Positions 1-9,752 of a stretch of 64,000 nt of DNA are shown one piece after another. Source of the stretch: Ignavibacteria bacterium. Lineage in GTDB: Bacteria; Bacteroidota; Ignavibacteria; Kapaibacteriales; UBA4661. Numbering within the stretch: the first letter of the stretch is position 1; every line of letters begins with the position of its first letter. The DNA lies in the NCBI GenBank assembly GCA_947459425.1, contig CANHDJ010000011.1, positions 11,652-75,651 on the forward strand, written 5' to 3'. The notes below the pieces were generated by a model. That model was not told the DNA's origin. It ran no database searches and saw only the letters and a program-made list of their open reading frames with translations. Made by a program: the position numbers and the translations under genes.

Positions 1-14
1 CAAAATGGTCACCC

Positions 15-1889
15 TTGGCGGGATTCTATCTATCGGCAGGATTGCGAGGCGCATGGATGCTGCAAACAGCTTTTGCACAAGAAGAACGATTGTTAGAAAC
101 AAAGCCACTGGCAGGGCAGACGACAACGATTACGGGCGGTTTTGATCGGCAAACCTTTTCACGGGTGCGAAACGAGCAACAGGGCGCGATTCCGGCGATA
201 GCGTCTGTACAATTTTTCGCACAAGCAGCGCTTGGTTATGAAATTCCTCTTGGTTTTATGCGACTTGCGCCGGAGGTGGGCTATGTTTTTGGGCTGACAA
301 ATTTGGTCAGTAATGGCTCTCTTTGGCGCACCAATCAGCTTCGAGCGGGCATTGCGGCGATATTCACTTTTCAGCCTTTGAGTAATGGGGCATTGCAAAT
401 GTCGGGGGATGCTTTGGATGAATTGCCGGAAAACCGCACTCTTCCTCGCTCTATTCCGCAAGACAGTACCACAATTGCTGCGGCAACGTCATCCACTTCG
501 GGTAATCCAAATGCAAACAACACATCATCAAGCGGAGCATCTGCCAACGGCGCTACAAATAATGCTTCCGGCACGACGACCAGTGCCGTGCGAGCAAGCA
601 GTGTTGATGTAGAAGCGCGGGGTATCGTCCGCGTAGCACGTCGTGCCTTGAAAGGGCGTACTGATAAAGAGTTTTCCGAAGAAAAGCCAACGATTGAGGA
701 AAAACAGGAAAAGACTTTGATTCTGCCAAAGCAAGAGGTGGTTGTGCGGCATAATTACTCGCTTTTGCCCTATATCTTTTTTGATGGTGACCGTTCGGCG
801 GCGCTTCCACAGCGCTATGCGCGGCTTTCAACAGAAGCAACGGCGGGGTTTGCACCGGAGCAGTTGCGTCCTTCCACGACCTTGATTGCCGGAGAACATC
901 CGTACTATCATCTTTTGAACATTATTGGCGCACGGATGCGGCGATTGCCTCTGGCAAAACTCAATATTTTGGGCGGTATTGATGCGGCAAGCGGTGAGCG
1001 GGATAACTTAAAACTGGCGCGAAATCGCGCTTCGTCGGTGGCAATGTATTTGCGGACGGTTTGGGGCATTGATTCGGCGCGTTTGGTGATGGGAGAAGCA
1101 CGGCTAACGGCAAAATCTTCGAGGAGTTTTAACGAACAAGATCGGCAAGCCGAAAATCGCCGCGTCGAGCTTTCGAGCGATACAACGGCGCTTTTGGAGC
1201 CAATTCAACTCACCGATACCGTGCAGCGCCAGATTTTACCGCGCTTACGGCTTTTTCCCACGCTAAAAGGCAACGATGACGTTATTTCATGGCACTTTGC
1301 GCTTCGTCAAGAAGGGCGCATCATCAAAGAATTGCGGGGCGACGGGGCTTTGCCGAAGGAATTGGACTGGCGCACTGATGAGCGTGAAAGCGCAGAATTG
1401 CGTCCGGCATTGCCGCTAGAAATAGCACTTACAACCCGCACAAAAAGTGGAGCGGCGCTCACTGCGCCCTTGCGCACAATACCACTACAATCCATGATAT
1501 TCCGCAGCGCCGATGAAGAATATTGCGCGAATCTCCTCATTGAAAAATATAACCTTATCCTGTTTGATGCCACCAAAAGTGCCGTTGCGCAATCACAAGC
1601 AACGACGCTCAAGAGCATGAACACGCGCATTACGGCAAAATCAACAGTGCTGGTGGAAGGGTTTATGGATAAATCCGACGACGAGGAAGCAAATAAGCGA
1701 CTCTCACGCGCACGAGCGCAATCGGCAGCACAATCGCTCAAGTTTCTCGCACGGGGCGCACAAATTGACGTGCAGGGCTATGGATCGCAAAAAACACTCT
1801 ACGATGAGCGATTGCCCGAAGGGCGCATCTACACACGCACGGTGCTGATAACGATTGAAACACCACTAGGCGAAGATTGGCAAAAATAG
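15..1889 (+). CDS. OmpA-family protein with two OmpA_C-like peptidoglycan-binding domains. The frame is open back to position 3, so the true 5' end may lie left of the window.
   Basis: OmpA_C signatures NRASSVAMYLRTVWGIDSARL...ENRRVELS and NKRLSRARAQSAAQSL...VQGYGSQ. The central linker is low-complexity and S/T/N-rich. The listed start is TTG and no stop lies upstream of it within the window. Confidence 0.7.
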   Translation: MAGFYLSAGLRGAWMLQTAFAQEERLLETKPLAGQTTTITGGFDRQTFSRVRNEQQGAIPAIASVQFFAQAALGYEIPLGFMRLAPEVGYVFGLTNLVSNGSLWRTNQLRAGIAAIFTFQPLSNGALQMSGDALDELPENRTLPRSIPQDSTTIAAATSSTSGNPNANNTSSSGASANGATNNASGTTTSAVRASSVDVEARGIVRVARRALKGRTDKEFSEEKPTIEEKQEKTLILPKQEVVVRHNYSLLPYIFFDGDRSAALPQRYARLSTEATAGFAPEQLRPSTTLIAGEHPYYHLLNIIGARMRRLPLAKLNILGGIDAASGERDNLKLARNRASSVAMYLRTVWGIDSARLVMGEARLTAKSSRSFNEQDRQAENRRVELSSDTTALLEPIQLTDTVQRQILPRLRLFPTLKGNDDVISWHFALRQEGRIIKELRGDGALPKELDWRTDERESAELRPALPLEIALTTRTKSGAALTAPLRTIPLQSMIFRSADEEYCANLLIEKYNLILFDATKSAVAQSQATTLKSMNTRITAKSTVLVEGFMDKSDDEEANKRLSRARAQSAAQSLKFLARGAQIDVQGYGSQKTLYDERLPEGRIYTRTVLITIETPLGEDWQK

Positions 1890-2209
1890 TGCAGTTTCGC
1901 CCTGAAAAAGGTAATACCATTTTGGTAATGGTCATATAGTACATGAGACGGGTCGTGGTGCAAGACTACATGATAGGAGTCATCACCTCATATTGGTAAT
2001 AATCTGATGCCAAAAGTCACACTTGGAAAACGAAAGCGTTTCGCTGACATACTGAGCAATGCGCTGAGGCAGGGTCTTGTTCCATCGCTCCAGATGAGTT
2101 GTCTAGCTGCTACACTTACCGCAGCTATGGGTGTGGTTTTCTGCGAATTTACACAAAATCATGTGTTTTTGTACCACTATCATACATTCCGATTCATTGG
2201 CTGTGGTCA

Positions 2210-2893
2210 TCAGCGTATCGGGAGAATAGCACCCGAAATTGCTTTGCCGCCCTCTCCGCAGAGCATCCATGCGGCTTCGGCGATGGTTTTCGGTGTTGTC
2301 CATTGGGCAATATCTGTCGGTGTTCCCCATTCACGGTTTGCTGGCGTGTCAATTGTGCCGGGAACGAGGCAGTTTGCACGAATGCCGTATTGCTTGCCTT
2401 CGTGGGCGGTTGCTTGGGTGAGGGCAATAAGAGCAGCTTTGGAGGAGGCGTAGGCCGATTTATTCTGCTCGGGTGAGAGGGCGGCATTCGCGCCAATTGT
2501 CAAGACCGTACCGCCACGTGCTTGCAGAAGCGGCAGCGTCGCCCGAAGCAGGTTGAATGCCGTCAAATAATTGATTTCCAGCATTGCATGAACCATTTCT
2601 GCGCTGGTTTCTTCGATGGACTTTCCTGCTTGAATGCCTCCGGCGCAGTGAATAACGGCATCGCATCGCTCAATGGTGCTTGCGTTCATAAAATGTTGCG
2701 TGGAAATCATGCTGGCGAGATCGCAGACGACGGTGTTGAGCTGCGAGGAGTATGGAGTGAAGTCGGCGGTGAGGGCTTTTGCCGCTTCTGTTTGCCTCAC
2801 AAGCGCGTAAACACGCCATTCGCCACGCAAAAAGCGCTCGACGATGCGTTTTCCCAATGCGCCGCTTGCGCCAGAAATAATGACAGTTTGCAT
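2210..2893 (-). CDS. Short-chain dehydrogenase/reductase (SDR) family oxidoreductase
   Basis: Track ORF 2210..2929 trimmed to the ATG at 2893 (MQTVIISGASGALG). It has the TGxxxGxG-like NAD(P) motif ISGASGALG and the catalytic motif YASSKAAL. Confidence 0.85.
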   Translation of the reverse strand: MQTVIISGASGALGKRIVERFLRGEWRVYALVRQTEAAKALTADFTPYSSQLNTVVCDLASMISTQHFMNASTIERCDAVIHCAGGIQAGKSIEETSAEMVHAMLEINYLTAFNLLRATLPLLQARGGTVLTIGANAALSPEQNKSAYASSKAALIALTQATAHEGKQYGIRANCLVPGTIDTPANREWGTPTDIAQWTTPKTIAEAAWMLCGEGGKAISGAILPIR

Positions 2894-3173
2894 ATTGTAG
2901 TAAAAAGGGCTAGAAATTGCGTTGTTCAAAGTTCAAAACCCTGAAAATTGAGCGATAGCAAGGTTTTTAATTCATCAGCGTACTTCAGATGAGCGATTGA
3001 AAAGGTGGTATTTCCAAAAAAGAGTTGCTTGAAAATAAATGACTTATAGGGTTGTTGTGCAACAAACGATAAAAAATCGGGAAAACGGCGTTGTTTTCTG
3101 AGGAATCTCAACTTTAGATCGTCTAAGTTCTTTACTTTCAAGCAATTCTTTTAGGACATAACCCCAAAAAGGC

Positions 3174-3881
3174 TTATTTTTTCTTGAGTTTATCTTTGAA
3201 AACTGCTTCAAATTTCTCAACTTTGGGGCGAATCACAAATGCGCAATAGCCTTGTCCCGGATTATCATTGAAGTAATTTTGATGATAGTCTTCGGCAGGA
3301 TAAAATGTTGATGTTGGGCTAATTTCCGTGACAAGTGGCTTGTCCCATGCGCCCGATGCGCCGAGTTCTTTTTTATATTTCTCCGCCAATGCTTTTTGCT
3401 GTTCGTTGTGATAAAAAATCACTGAGCGGTATTGCGTACCAACGTCATTCCCTTGACGATTGAGAGTTGTCGGGTCGTGGGTTTTCCAAAAGATTTTTAG
3501 GAGTTCGTCGTAACTGACTTTTGCCGGATCGAAGGTGATTTGTGTACATTCTGCGTGTCCGGTCGTGCCTTCGCAAACCTCTTTGTAGCTTGGGTTTTTC
3601 ACTGTGCCGCCTTCATAACCAGAGACGACTTTTACTACGCCATCAACGCGCTGAAAAATGGCTTCCGTACACCAAAAACAGCCGGAACCAAAGGTTGCGA
3701 CTTCTGTTTTGCCCGATGAAGGCGTATTTTCATTAACCGTGAACACAGGAATATTCCTTTCTGCCGAAGGTGGTGAAGATTGTTTGTCCGCAAGAGTTTG
3801 TTTGCTGGATTGCGCTGCACATGAGGTCGTGCCGAGAGCCAAGAATGCTGTGCTGATGCCGATAACCAGAAATGATTTCAT
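3174..3881 (-). CDS. msrA: Peptide-methionine (S)-S-oxide reductase MsrA, with an N-terminal signal or lipoprotein-like peptide
   Basis: Active-site motif GSGCFWC and overall MsrA-like sequence (VVSGYEGG...YHQNYF). Start moved to the internal Met (MKSFLVIGISTAFLALGTTSCA), because the upstream 42 codons look non-coding. Confidence 0.9.
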   Translation of the reverse strand: MKSFLVIGISTAFLALGTTSCAAQSSKQTLADKQSSPPSAERNIPVFTVNENTPSSGKTEVATFGSGCFWCTEAIFQRVDGVVKVVSGYEGGTVKNPSYKEVCEGTTGHAECTQITFDPAKVSYDELLKIFWKTHDPTTLNRQGNDVGTQYRSVIFYHNEQQKALAEKYKKELGASGAWDKPLVTEISPTSTFYPAEDYHQNYFNDNPGQGYCAFVIRPKVEKFEAVFKDKLKKK

Positions 3882-4023
3882 AAAAACCTGCAACAATAGT
3901 GGAGAAAATGAAGCGAAAAGTGATATGGATTGGACGAAAAATTGACAGCGATGGATTATCGCGCCCGAGAAAAAGAAACCAGTCGAGGCATTTTTCGTCC
4001 AATCCACTCTCCCGTAATGCGCA

Positions 4024-6147
4024 TCACTGCGTTATACCAAGCGTTTTGAGGAAAAATGCGTATTCAAAAGCGCGATCTTTGAGCGCATCGTAGCGCCCGG
4101 ACGCGCCGCCGTGTCCTACGCCCATGTTAATTTTGAAAATGAGCATATTGTTGTCGGTTTTCATTGTGCGGAGTTTTGCACAAAATTTCGCTGGCTCCCA
4201 ATACGGAACTTGCGAATCATTCAAACCGGTGGTCAAAAGCACGTTCGGATAAGACTTTGCGCCAATATTATCATACGGCGAATACGATTTCATGTACTCG
4301 TAATATTTTTTCTCATTGGGATTGCCCCATTCCTCATACTCGGAGGTTGTCAGAGGCAACGTCGCATCGAACATTGTGTTGATAACATCCACAAACGGAA
4401 CAGCCGCATGAATAGCTTTGAAGAGGTCGGGACGCATATTCAGCACCGCGCCCATCAGCAAGCCTCCCGCAGAGCCGCCATTACCAACCAATTTCTGCGA
4501 AGTTGTGTATTTCTGCGCAATCAAATATTCCGCGCAAGCAATGTAGTCCGTAAACGTGTTTTTCTTTTTGAGGAGTTTGCCGTCTTCGTACCAAGGCTTG
4601 CCCATTTCGCCGCCGCCACGTATATGCGCAATCGCATAGACAAAACCTCTGTCCAACAGGCTAATACGGCTGCTATTGAAGGTCGGGTCGATCGAAATAC
4701 CGTACGAACCGTAAGCATAAAGAAATGTCGGATTAGAGCCGTCTTTCCTTACACCTTTTTTATAGACAATCGACATCGGCACAAGTGCGCCATCTTTTGC
4801 TTTGACAAATGTGCGCTCGACGGTGTAATCTTCCGGCTTGAAGCCACCGGGTACTTCTTGGCGCTTGAGCAAGGTGGATTCACGCTTGGCAACATCGTAA
4901 TCATAGACCGAATTCGGCGTAATGAGCGATGTGTAGCCATAACGCAACTTCGTGGATTTGTACTGCGGATTCGTGCTGGTGTAAGACAAATACGCCACTT
5001 CGGGGAACGCGATACGATGGGATTTTTTGGTCGCCACATCATAGATTTCCAACGCCGTCAAACCGTTTTCCCGCACGGAAAATGCCCAAAATTTCTCAAA
5101 CGCATCAATATCGTCAAGTTTCACCTTTGGGCGGTGCGGTACGACTTCTTTCCAGTTTTTCATTCCCGGTTTGTCGGTGGGAGCAGACATGAGGCGGAAG
5201 TTTTTCGCTTTGTCGTTGGTAAGGATTAAAAAACTCTCTTCGTGGTGCGTAATGGAGTATTCATGCCCTGCTTTGCGTGGTTCGATGCAGCGAAATGACT
5301 CCTTCGGGCGGTCGGCAGCGAGATACCACGACTCTCCCGTCGTTTTGCTGCTGGTGCTGATGACGATATATTTTTCACTGCGTGTTTTGCCAACGTAGCA
5401 ATCGAATTTCTCGTCTTTTTCGTGAAAAACTTCCGTATCTGATTTCGCATCAAAGCCAAGTTCGTGGCGCAAAATCTTATACGAGCGCTGCGAAGAATCG
5501 TAAACATTGTAAAAAATGGTCTTGTTATCGTTGCCCCAGACGCAAGCGCCACCAGTTTCGGGGATTTGGTCTTTCAGAATTTCTCCCGTCTCAAGATTTT
5601 TCACATAAATCGTGAATTTCCGCGAGCCATCGAAATCCAACCCATAGCCAAGCAGTTTACCATCGGGGCTAACGGTGTATGCACCCAGACGAATAAATTT
5701 TTTTCCTTCAGCGAGGGCGTTCAAATCAATCGTGATCTGCTCCGGCGCATCCATTGAGCCTTTTTTGCGGCAGAAAATCGGGTATTGCTTGCCTTCGGCA
5801 GTGCGGGAATAATAGAAATAGCCTTGATCTTCGTAAGGAACACTCAAATCGGTCTCTTTGATACGAGACTTCATTTCGGTATAGAGTTTTTCCTGCAAAG
5901 GCTTGGTGTCCTGCATCATTGCTTGTGTGTAGGCATTTTCTTCTTCGAGATGTTTGATAACATCAGGGTTTTTCTTGTCGCGTAGCCAAAAGTAGTTATC
6001 CGTGCGGACATCACCATGCGCGGTGTCTTTTTTGGGAACAATTTTCGCTACGGGTGGTTTGGGAGTGTCGCTCATAGAAACAATGGGGAACAATGTCATG
6101 CCGCAAAGCAGCATACCGAGAGGAAAGACAGAAAATATGCGCTTCAT
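4024..6147 (-). CDS. ptrB: S9A serine peptidase, oligopeptidase B-like
   Basis: 707 aa with an N-terminal signal peptide. It carries the oligopeptidase-B N-terminal motif (DNYFWLRDKKNPDVIKHLEEENAYT), the catalytic Ser context GGSAGGLL and the C-terminal motif GHGG. Confidence 0.85.
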   Translation of the reverse strand: MKRIFSVFPLGMLLCGMTLFPIVSMSDTPKPPVAKIVPKKDTAHGDVRTDNYFWLRDKKNPDVIKHLEEENAYTQAMMQDTKPLQEKLYTEMKSRIKETDLSVPYEDQGYFYYSRTAEGKQYPIFCRKKGSMDAPEQITIDLNALAEGKKFIRLGAYTVSPDGKLLGYGLDFDGSRKFTIYVKNLETGEILKDQIPETGGACVWGNDNKTIFYNVYDSSQRSYKILRHELGFDAKSDTEVFHEKDEKFDCYVGKTRSEKYIVISTSSKTTGESWYLAADRPKESFRCIEPRKAGHEYSITHHEESFLILTNDKAKNFRLMSAPTDKPGMKNWKEVVPHRPKVKLDDIDAFEKFWAFSVRENGLTALEIYDVATKKSHRIAFPEVAYLSYTSTNPQYKSTKLRYGYTSLITPNSVYDYDVAKRESTLLKRQEVPGGFKPEDYTVERTFVKAKDGALVPMSIVYKKGVRKDGSNPTFLYAYGSYGISIDPTFNSSRISLLDRGFVYAIAHIRGGGEMGKPWYEDGKLLKKKNTFTDYIACAEYLIAQKYTTSQKLVGNGGSAGGLLMGAVLNMRPDLFKAIHAAVPFVDVINTMFDATLPLTTSEYEEWGNPNEKKYYEYMKSYSPYDNIGAKSYPNVLLTTGLNDSQVPYWEPAKFCAKLRTMKTDNNMLIFKINMGVGHGGASGRYDALKDRAFEYAFFLKTLGITQ

Positions 6148-6271
6148 AGTGGACGCGGGGTTTGAACGTGATAGAACGGGGTGAATTGACGCAAATCAAG
6201 GTTGTATCGGCGCAGCGCCGATGAGGATATGCAAGGGTAGGCGGAGAAATAGATCGTTCTCAGGGCAGAGT

Positions 6272-7219
6272 CTATCCCTTTTTGCCTTCCAGCCAGCGCT
6301 CCGCATCAATCGCTGCCATACAGCCACTTCCGGCAGCCGTGACTGCTTGGCGATAGACGGTATCTTGGAGGTCGCCACAAGCAAATATGCCGTCGGCATT
6401 GGTATAGGTTGATTTTCCTTGCGTGAGGACGTAACCGCTTTCGTCCATTTCGACTAAGCCTTTGACAAGACTACTATTGGGCTGATGACCGATAGCAACA
6501 AACACGCCATCAATGGGAATCTCTCGTGAGGTATTGTCCCGTGTATCGCGCAAAACTACACCGGTCATTTTCTTCATGCCTGTTTCCAGCGTTTCGCCCT
6601 TAAATTCATCAATGGTAGTGTTTAACGCAAAAGAAATTTTCTCGTTTTTGCGGGCGCGGTCGAGCATAATTTTCGAGGCGCGAAATTCCTCGCGGCGATG
6701 CACAATCATTACCGATTTACAGAAGCGCGTCAGGTAATTTGCCTCTTCCATCGCCGTATCGCCACCACCAACCACGATAACGTCTTGATTGCGAAAGAAA
6801 AAGCCATCGCACGTCGCACACGCCGATACGCCGTAGCCCATGTATTCGCTTTCACCCTTTGCGCCTAAAAGTTTTGCCGATGCGCCCATTGCCAAAATTA
6901 CTGCGTCGGCGTGATATTCCGTACCGCGCTCTGTCGTGAGGAGGAAATGATCATTGGTTTGCTTGAGCGCCGTAACGGTCTCATACACAGATTTTGCGCC
7001 AAAGCGGTGAACTTGCTTGCGCATAACGTCCATGAGTTCGGGTCCTTGAATACCATGCTCAAAGCCCGGATAATTCTCAACTTCGGTCGTGATGGTCAAC
7101 TGCCCGCCCGGTTGCTGCCCTTCAAACATGGTCACGTCCAAGTTTGCACGCGAGGCGTAGAGCGCTGCGGTGAAGCCAGCCGGACCAGAACCAATAATGG
7201 CGACTTTATGATGCGACAT
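6272..7219 (-). CDS. trxB: Thioredoxin-disulfide reductase
   Basis: FAD motif IIGSGPAG, redox-active CATCDG, NADPH motif VVGGGDTAMEEA, and a length of 315 aa. Confidence 0.93.
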   Translation of the reverse strand: MSHHKVAIIGSGPAGFTAALYASRANLDVTMFEGQQPGGQLTITTEVENYPGFEHGIQGPELMDVMRKQVHRFGAKSVYETVTALKQTNDHFLLTTERGTEYHADAVILAMGASAKLLGAKGESEYMGYGVSACATCDGFFFRNQDVIVVGGGDTAMEEANYLTRFCKSVMIVHRREEFRASKIMLDRARKNEKISFALNTTIDEFKGETLETGMKKMTGVVLRDTRDNTSREIPIDGVFVAIGHQPNSSLVKGLVEMDESGYVLTQGKSTYTNADGIFACGDLQDTVYRQAVTAAGSGCMAAIDAERWLEGKKG

Positions 7220-7282
7220 AGAATGGGAGAAAAAATGAAGAAGATAAAATAGTTCTTGAATTCAATGCTTGAATAAAGACGC

Positions 7283-7335
7283 AAAATCCCCGCTTGTGTT
7301 GCATTGCTGCTCCGCCAAGCGGGGATTTTTTACCC
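7283..7335 (-). terminator. Hairpin terminator downstream of the PpiD-like gene
   Basis: Arms AAAATCCCCGCTTG (7283-7296) and CAAGCGGGGATTTT (7317-7330) are perfectly complementary, and both sides are flanked by A/T runs. Confidence 0.5.
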
Positions 7336-7365
7336 TGCATCACCCTTCTCGAAAGGAGAAGATGA

Positions 7366-9564
7366 TTAGTCTCGGAAATACTTATTGCGATTGTCTTCAA
7401 TCTCTGCGCGGTCGCGGAGTTCGTTGCGCCATTTGAAGTAGAGCGTTCCTTGTGCTTTCGATTTTTCGCCCTGAACAAGCGTCTGGCGGGCGGCTGTGAA
7501 GCCGTTCATATCAGCATCTTTTTTGCCTTTGATTTGCGCAATGTAGTATGCCCGCTCGCCACGAATCGGAGCAAGAACTTTGCCCACAGAAGCCGCTTGG
7601 CTGAAGAGCGAGGAAGTTAGCGCCACATCCGAACCAAGTGCCGGTACACGACCATTGTCGGTAATGCCGCTTGAAACCACAACGTTCAGCGTTGAATCCA
7701 GTGTTTTTGCTTTCGAGAGCGAATCCAAACCGGAAACTTTACCAAAAACTTCTTGTGCTTTGTTTTTCAAGGCATCAAGTTTTTTCGCGCTCATCAGCTT
7801 CATTTTGATTTCGTCTTTTGCATCCTCAAGTGGCTTGATACCCATGAGTCGGCTTTGAACAAGCTGCGCAATGACGATACCATTATTTTTGAGTTCCACA
7901 GGGTCGGAAACATCGCCGACATTGCTGTCAAAGGCGAAGTTTGTCAGAGTGCGCGAACCCAAAATTGTTGCCACACGACGGAAATATGCGGTTTCGCTGG
8001 CAACAAGTCCCAAACGTTTTGCGGCGGTGTCAAATGCGATGCCGCTTTTGAGGCTTTCTTTCAGTGACGCTGCGGTGCGGAAAAGCTGGCTGCGTGTTGC
8101 CTGGCTAATAGTCGGATTCAGCGTGATTTCGCTAAACTTAATTTCGTCCGATTTTTTATCGGTGACTTTGATGATGTGCCAGCCGAATTGCGTTTCTACG
8201 GGACCAACAATAGAGCCAACCGCAGCCGCCGAAGCAGCTTCTTCAAAGGGTTTAACCATCATGCCTTTGCCGAAGAAACCCAAATCGCCACCATTTTGTG
8301 CCGCGCTGGGGTCTTGGGAGTTTTTCTTTGCTAATTCGGTAAAATCCTTGCCCGATTGCGCTTCTTGTAAGATTCCCTGCGCAACAGCTTTGGCACTGTC
8401 TTTGGATGCCGGATTATTTGCTGCGAAACGAATCAAAATATGGCTTGCTTTGGTCATCACGTTTGCACCAGTGCGGCGGTCGTCCAAACGAACAAAGGTC
8501 ATGCCTTGTTGGGTTTGAATCGGACCAACAACGCCGCGCACGGGAAGGTTGTTGAGCATCACCAGCGTTTGCGGCGGAACATCCTGAATAAATTTGTAAT
8601 CATTCACCACACCACCAAAATCGCCGATAAAGCGCTCAAACACTGTGTCGCGCTGCCCGGGAGTCGGAGCAGCATTCAAATCCGTCATCATGCGCTCAAA
8701 GCGTTTTTGGACGCGCTGCGAGTCGGCTTGCGACGGCACAACAGGCAACATGACATATTTCAATTTGCGAACGGGTTTTTGTTTGAACGAGGATTCATGC
8801 GCTGCGTAGTAATCGGCAATCTCTTTATCGCTGACACTGACGGCATTGTCGGGAATCAAATTTGCATTCAGAGCAATAATGCTGGCATCCATCGTCGAAT
8901 TTTCAGCACGGAAGCGCTGTTGCAAATAGAGCGGATCGAGTGCGCCGTATGCCGCACCAACAGCCGCTTTGAGATTGTTTTGCAATTTGTCTTGGCGAAT
9001 AGCATCTTCGATACGCACAAGATATTTTTTGAAGTCTGCCGTTTGCTTGGCAGCTTGCTGCGCAGCTTGTTGACCGCCTTGCTGCTGGGCGCGTTGAATC
9101 ATAATGTCGGGGTTGGTCACGTATTCAAGATACGTGTCGCGCAAAAAGCGTCCGGTGGAATCCATAAATGGGCGGCGAAGAACGTCTGGTGGATTTTCCA
9201 AAAGCACATCCAAAATCTCGTCATTGCTGACGCTGATGCCGAGTTTTTCGGATTCTTGACGCAAAAGAATATCATCCACCATTTCGTTCCAGACCTGCTC
9301 GCGCACGGGCGCTTCATCGAAGTCTTCGGCATTGGGGGATTGAGCGCGGGCTGCTTCTGCCTGCTCTTTAACACGGCGTTCAAATTCCGTGTACATAATT
9401 TTTTCGCCGTTTACATTGCCAACAACAGCAGAAGCAAGGTTCTGTCCGCGATTGGTGATGGACGGAATGTCTAAGTCAGAAATGACCATGAACACAATAA
9501 ACATCACTGCTACGGTGACAAGCACGTAGGGAGAGATTGTGCGCATTTTCGAGAGTGTACCCAT
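7366..9564 (-). CDS. Periplasmic chaperone / peptidyl-prolyl isomerase, PpiD-like (SurA_N-like plus parvulin domain)
   Basis: An N-terminal TM anchor (ISPYVLVTVAVMFIVFMVI) and parvulin motifs ASHILIRF...GGDLGFFGKGMMVKPFEEAA...GWHIIKV. Confidence 0.8.
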   Translation of the reverse strand: MGTLSKMRTISPYVLVTVAVMFIVFMVISDLDIPSITNRGQNLASAVVGNVNGEKIMYTEFERRVKEQAEAARAQSPNAEDFDEAPVREQVWNEMVDDILLRQESEKLGISVSNDEILDVLLENPPDVLRRPFMDSTGRFLRDTYLEYVTNPDIMIQRAQQQGGQQAAQQAAKQTADFKKYLVRIEDAIRQDKLQNNLKAAVGAAYGALDPLYLQQRFRAENSTMDASIIALNANLIPDNAVSVSDKEIADYYAAHESSFKQKPVRKLKYVMLPVVPSQADSQRVQKRFERMMTDLNAAPTPGQRDTVFERFIGDFGGVVNDYKFIQDVPPQTLVMLNNLPVRGVVGPIQTQQGMTFVRLDDRRTGANVMTKASHILIRFAANNPASKDSAKAVAQGILQEAQSGKDFTELAKKNSQDPSAAQNGGDLGFFGKGMMVKPFEEAASAAAVGSIVGPVETQFGWHIIKVTDKKSDEIKFSEITLNPTISQATRSQLFRTAASLKESLKSGIAFDTAAKRLGLVASETAYFRRVATILGSRTLTNFAFDSNVGDVSDPVELKNNGIVIAQLVQSRLMGIKPLEDAKDEIKMKLMSAKKLDALKNKAQEVFGKVSGLDSLSKAKTLDSTLNVVVSSGITDNGRVPALGSDVALTSSLFSQAASVGKVLAPIRGERAYYIAQIKGKKDADMNGFTAARQTLVQGEKSKAQGTLYFKWRNELRDRAEIEDNRNKYFRD

Positions 9565-9752
9565 TGTCAGGTTGCCCTTTCAAAAATCGTGAGAAGTTTG
9601 CGTAAAAAAGTGATTTTATTGGCTATTTTTAAGTGTAAGCATTTGATTTTGCAAGCATTACACACAACTATGCGGTCTATGCAAAAAGGCATAGACTACA
9701 AATATACGGCTTTGTCGTGATTTTCCAATGGTTTTTGCGTGTGAAAATTGTG

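Noticed and set aside
2926-3141. A 71-codon minus-strand ORF upstream of the SDR gene.
   Set aside because: It starts at TTG only, has no internal Met, and its sequence is low-information. The apparent coupling to the SDR gene disappears once the SDR start is placed at the ATG at 2893.
4111-5229. A 372-codon + strand ORF.
   Set aside because: It is antisense to the well-supported ptrB gene, is Arg/Phe/Ile-rich, and has no recognisable motifs.
8440-9474. A 344-codon + strand ORF. Related case: 7871..8518 (+).
   Set aside because: It is antisense to the PpiD-like gene and has no domain signatures.
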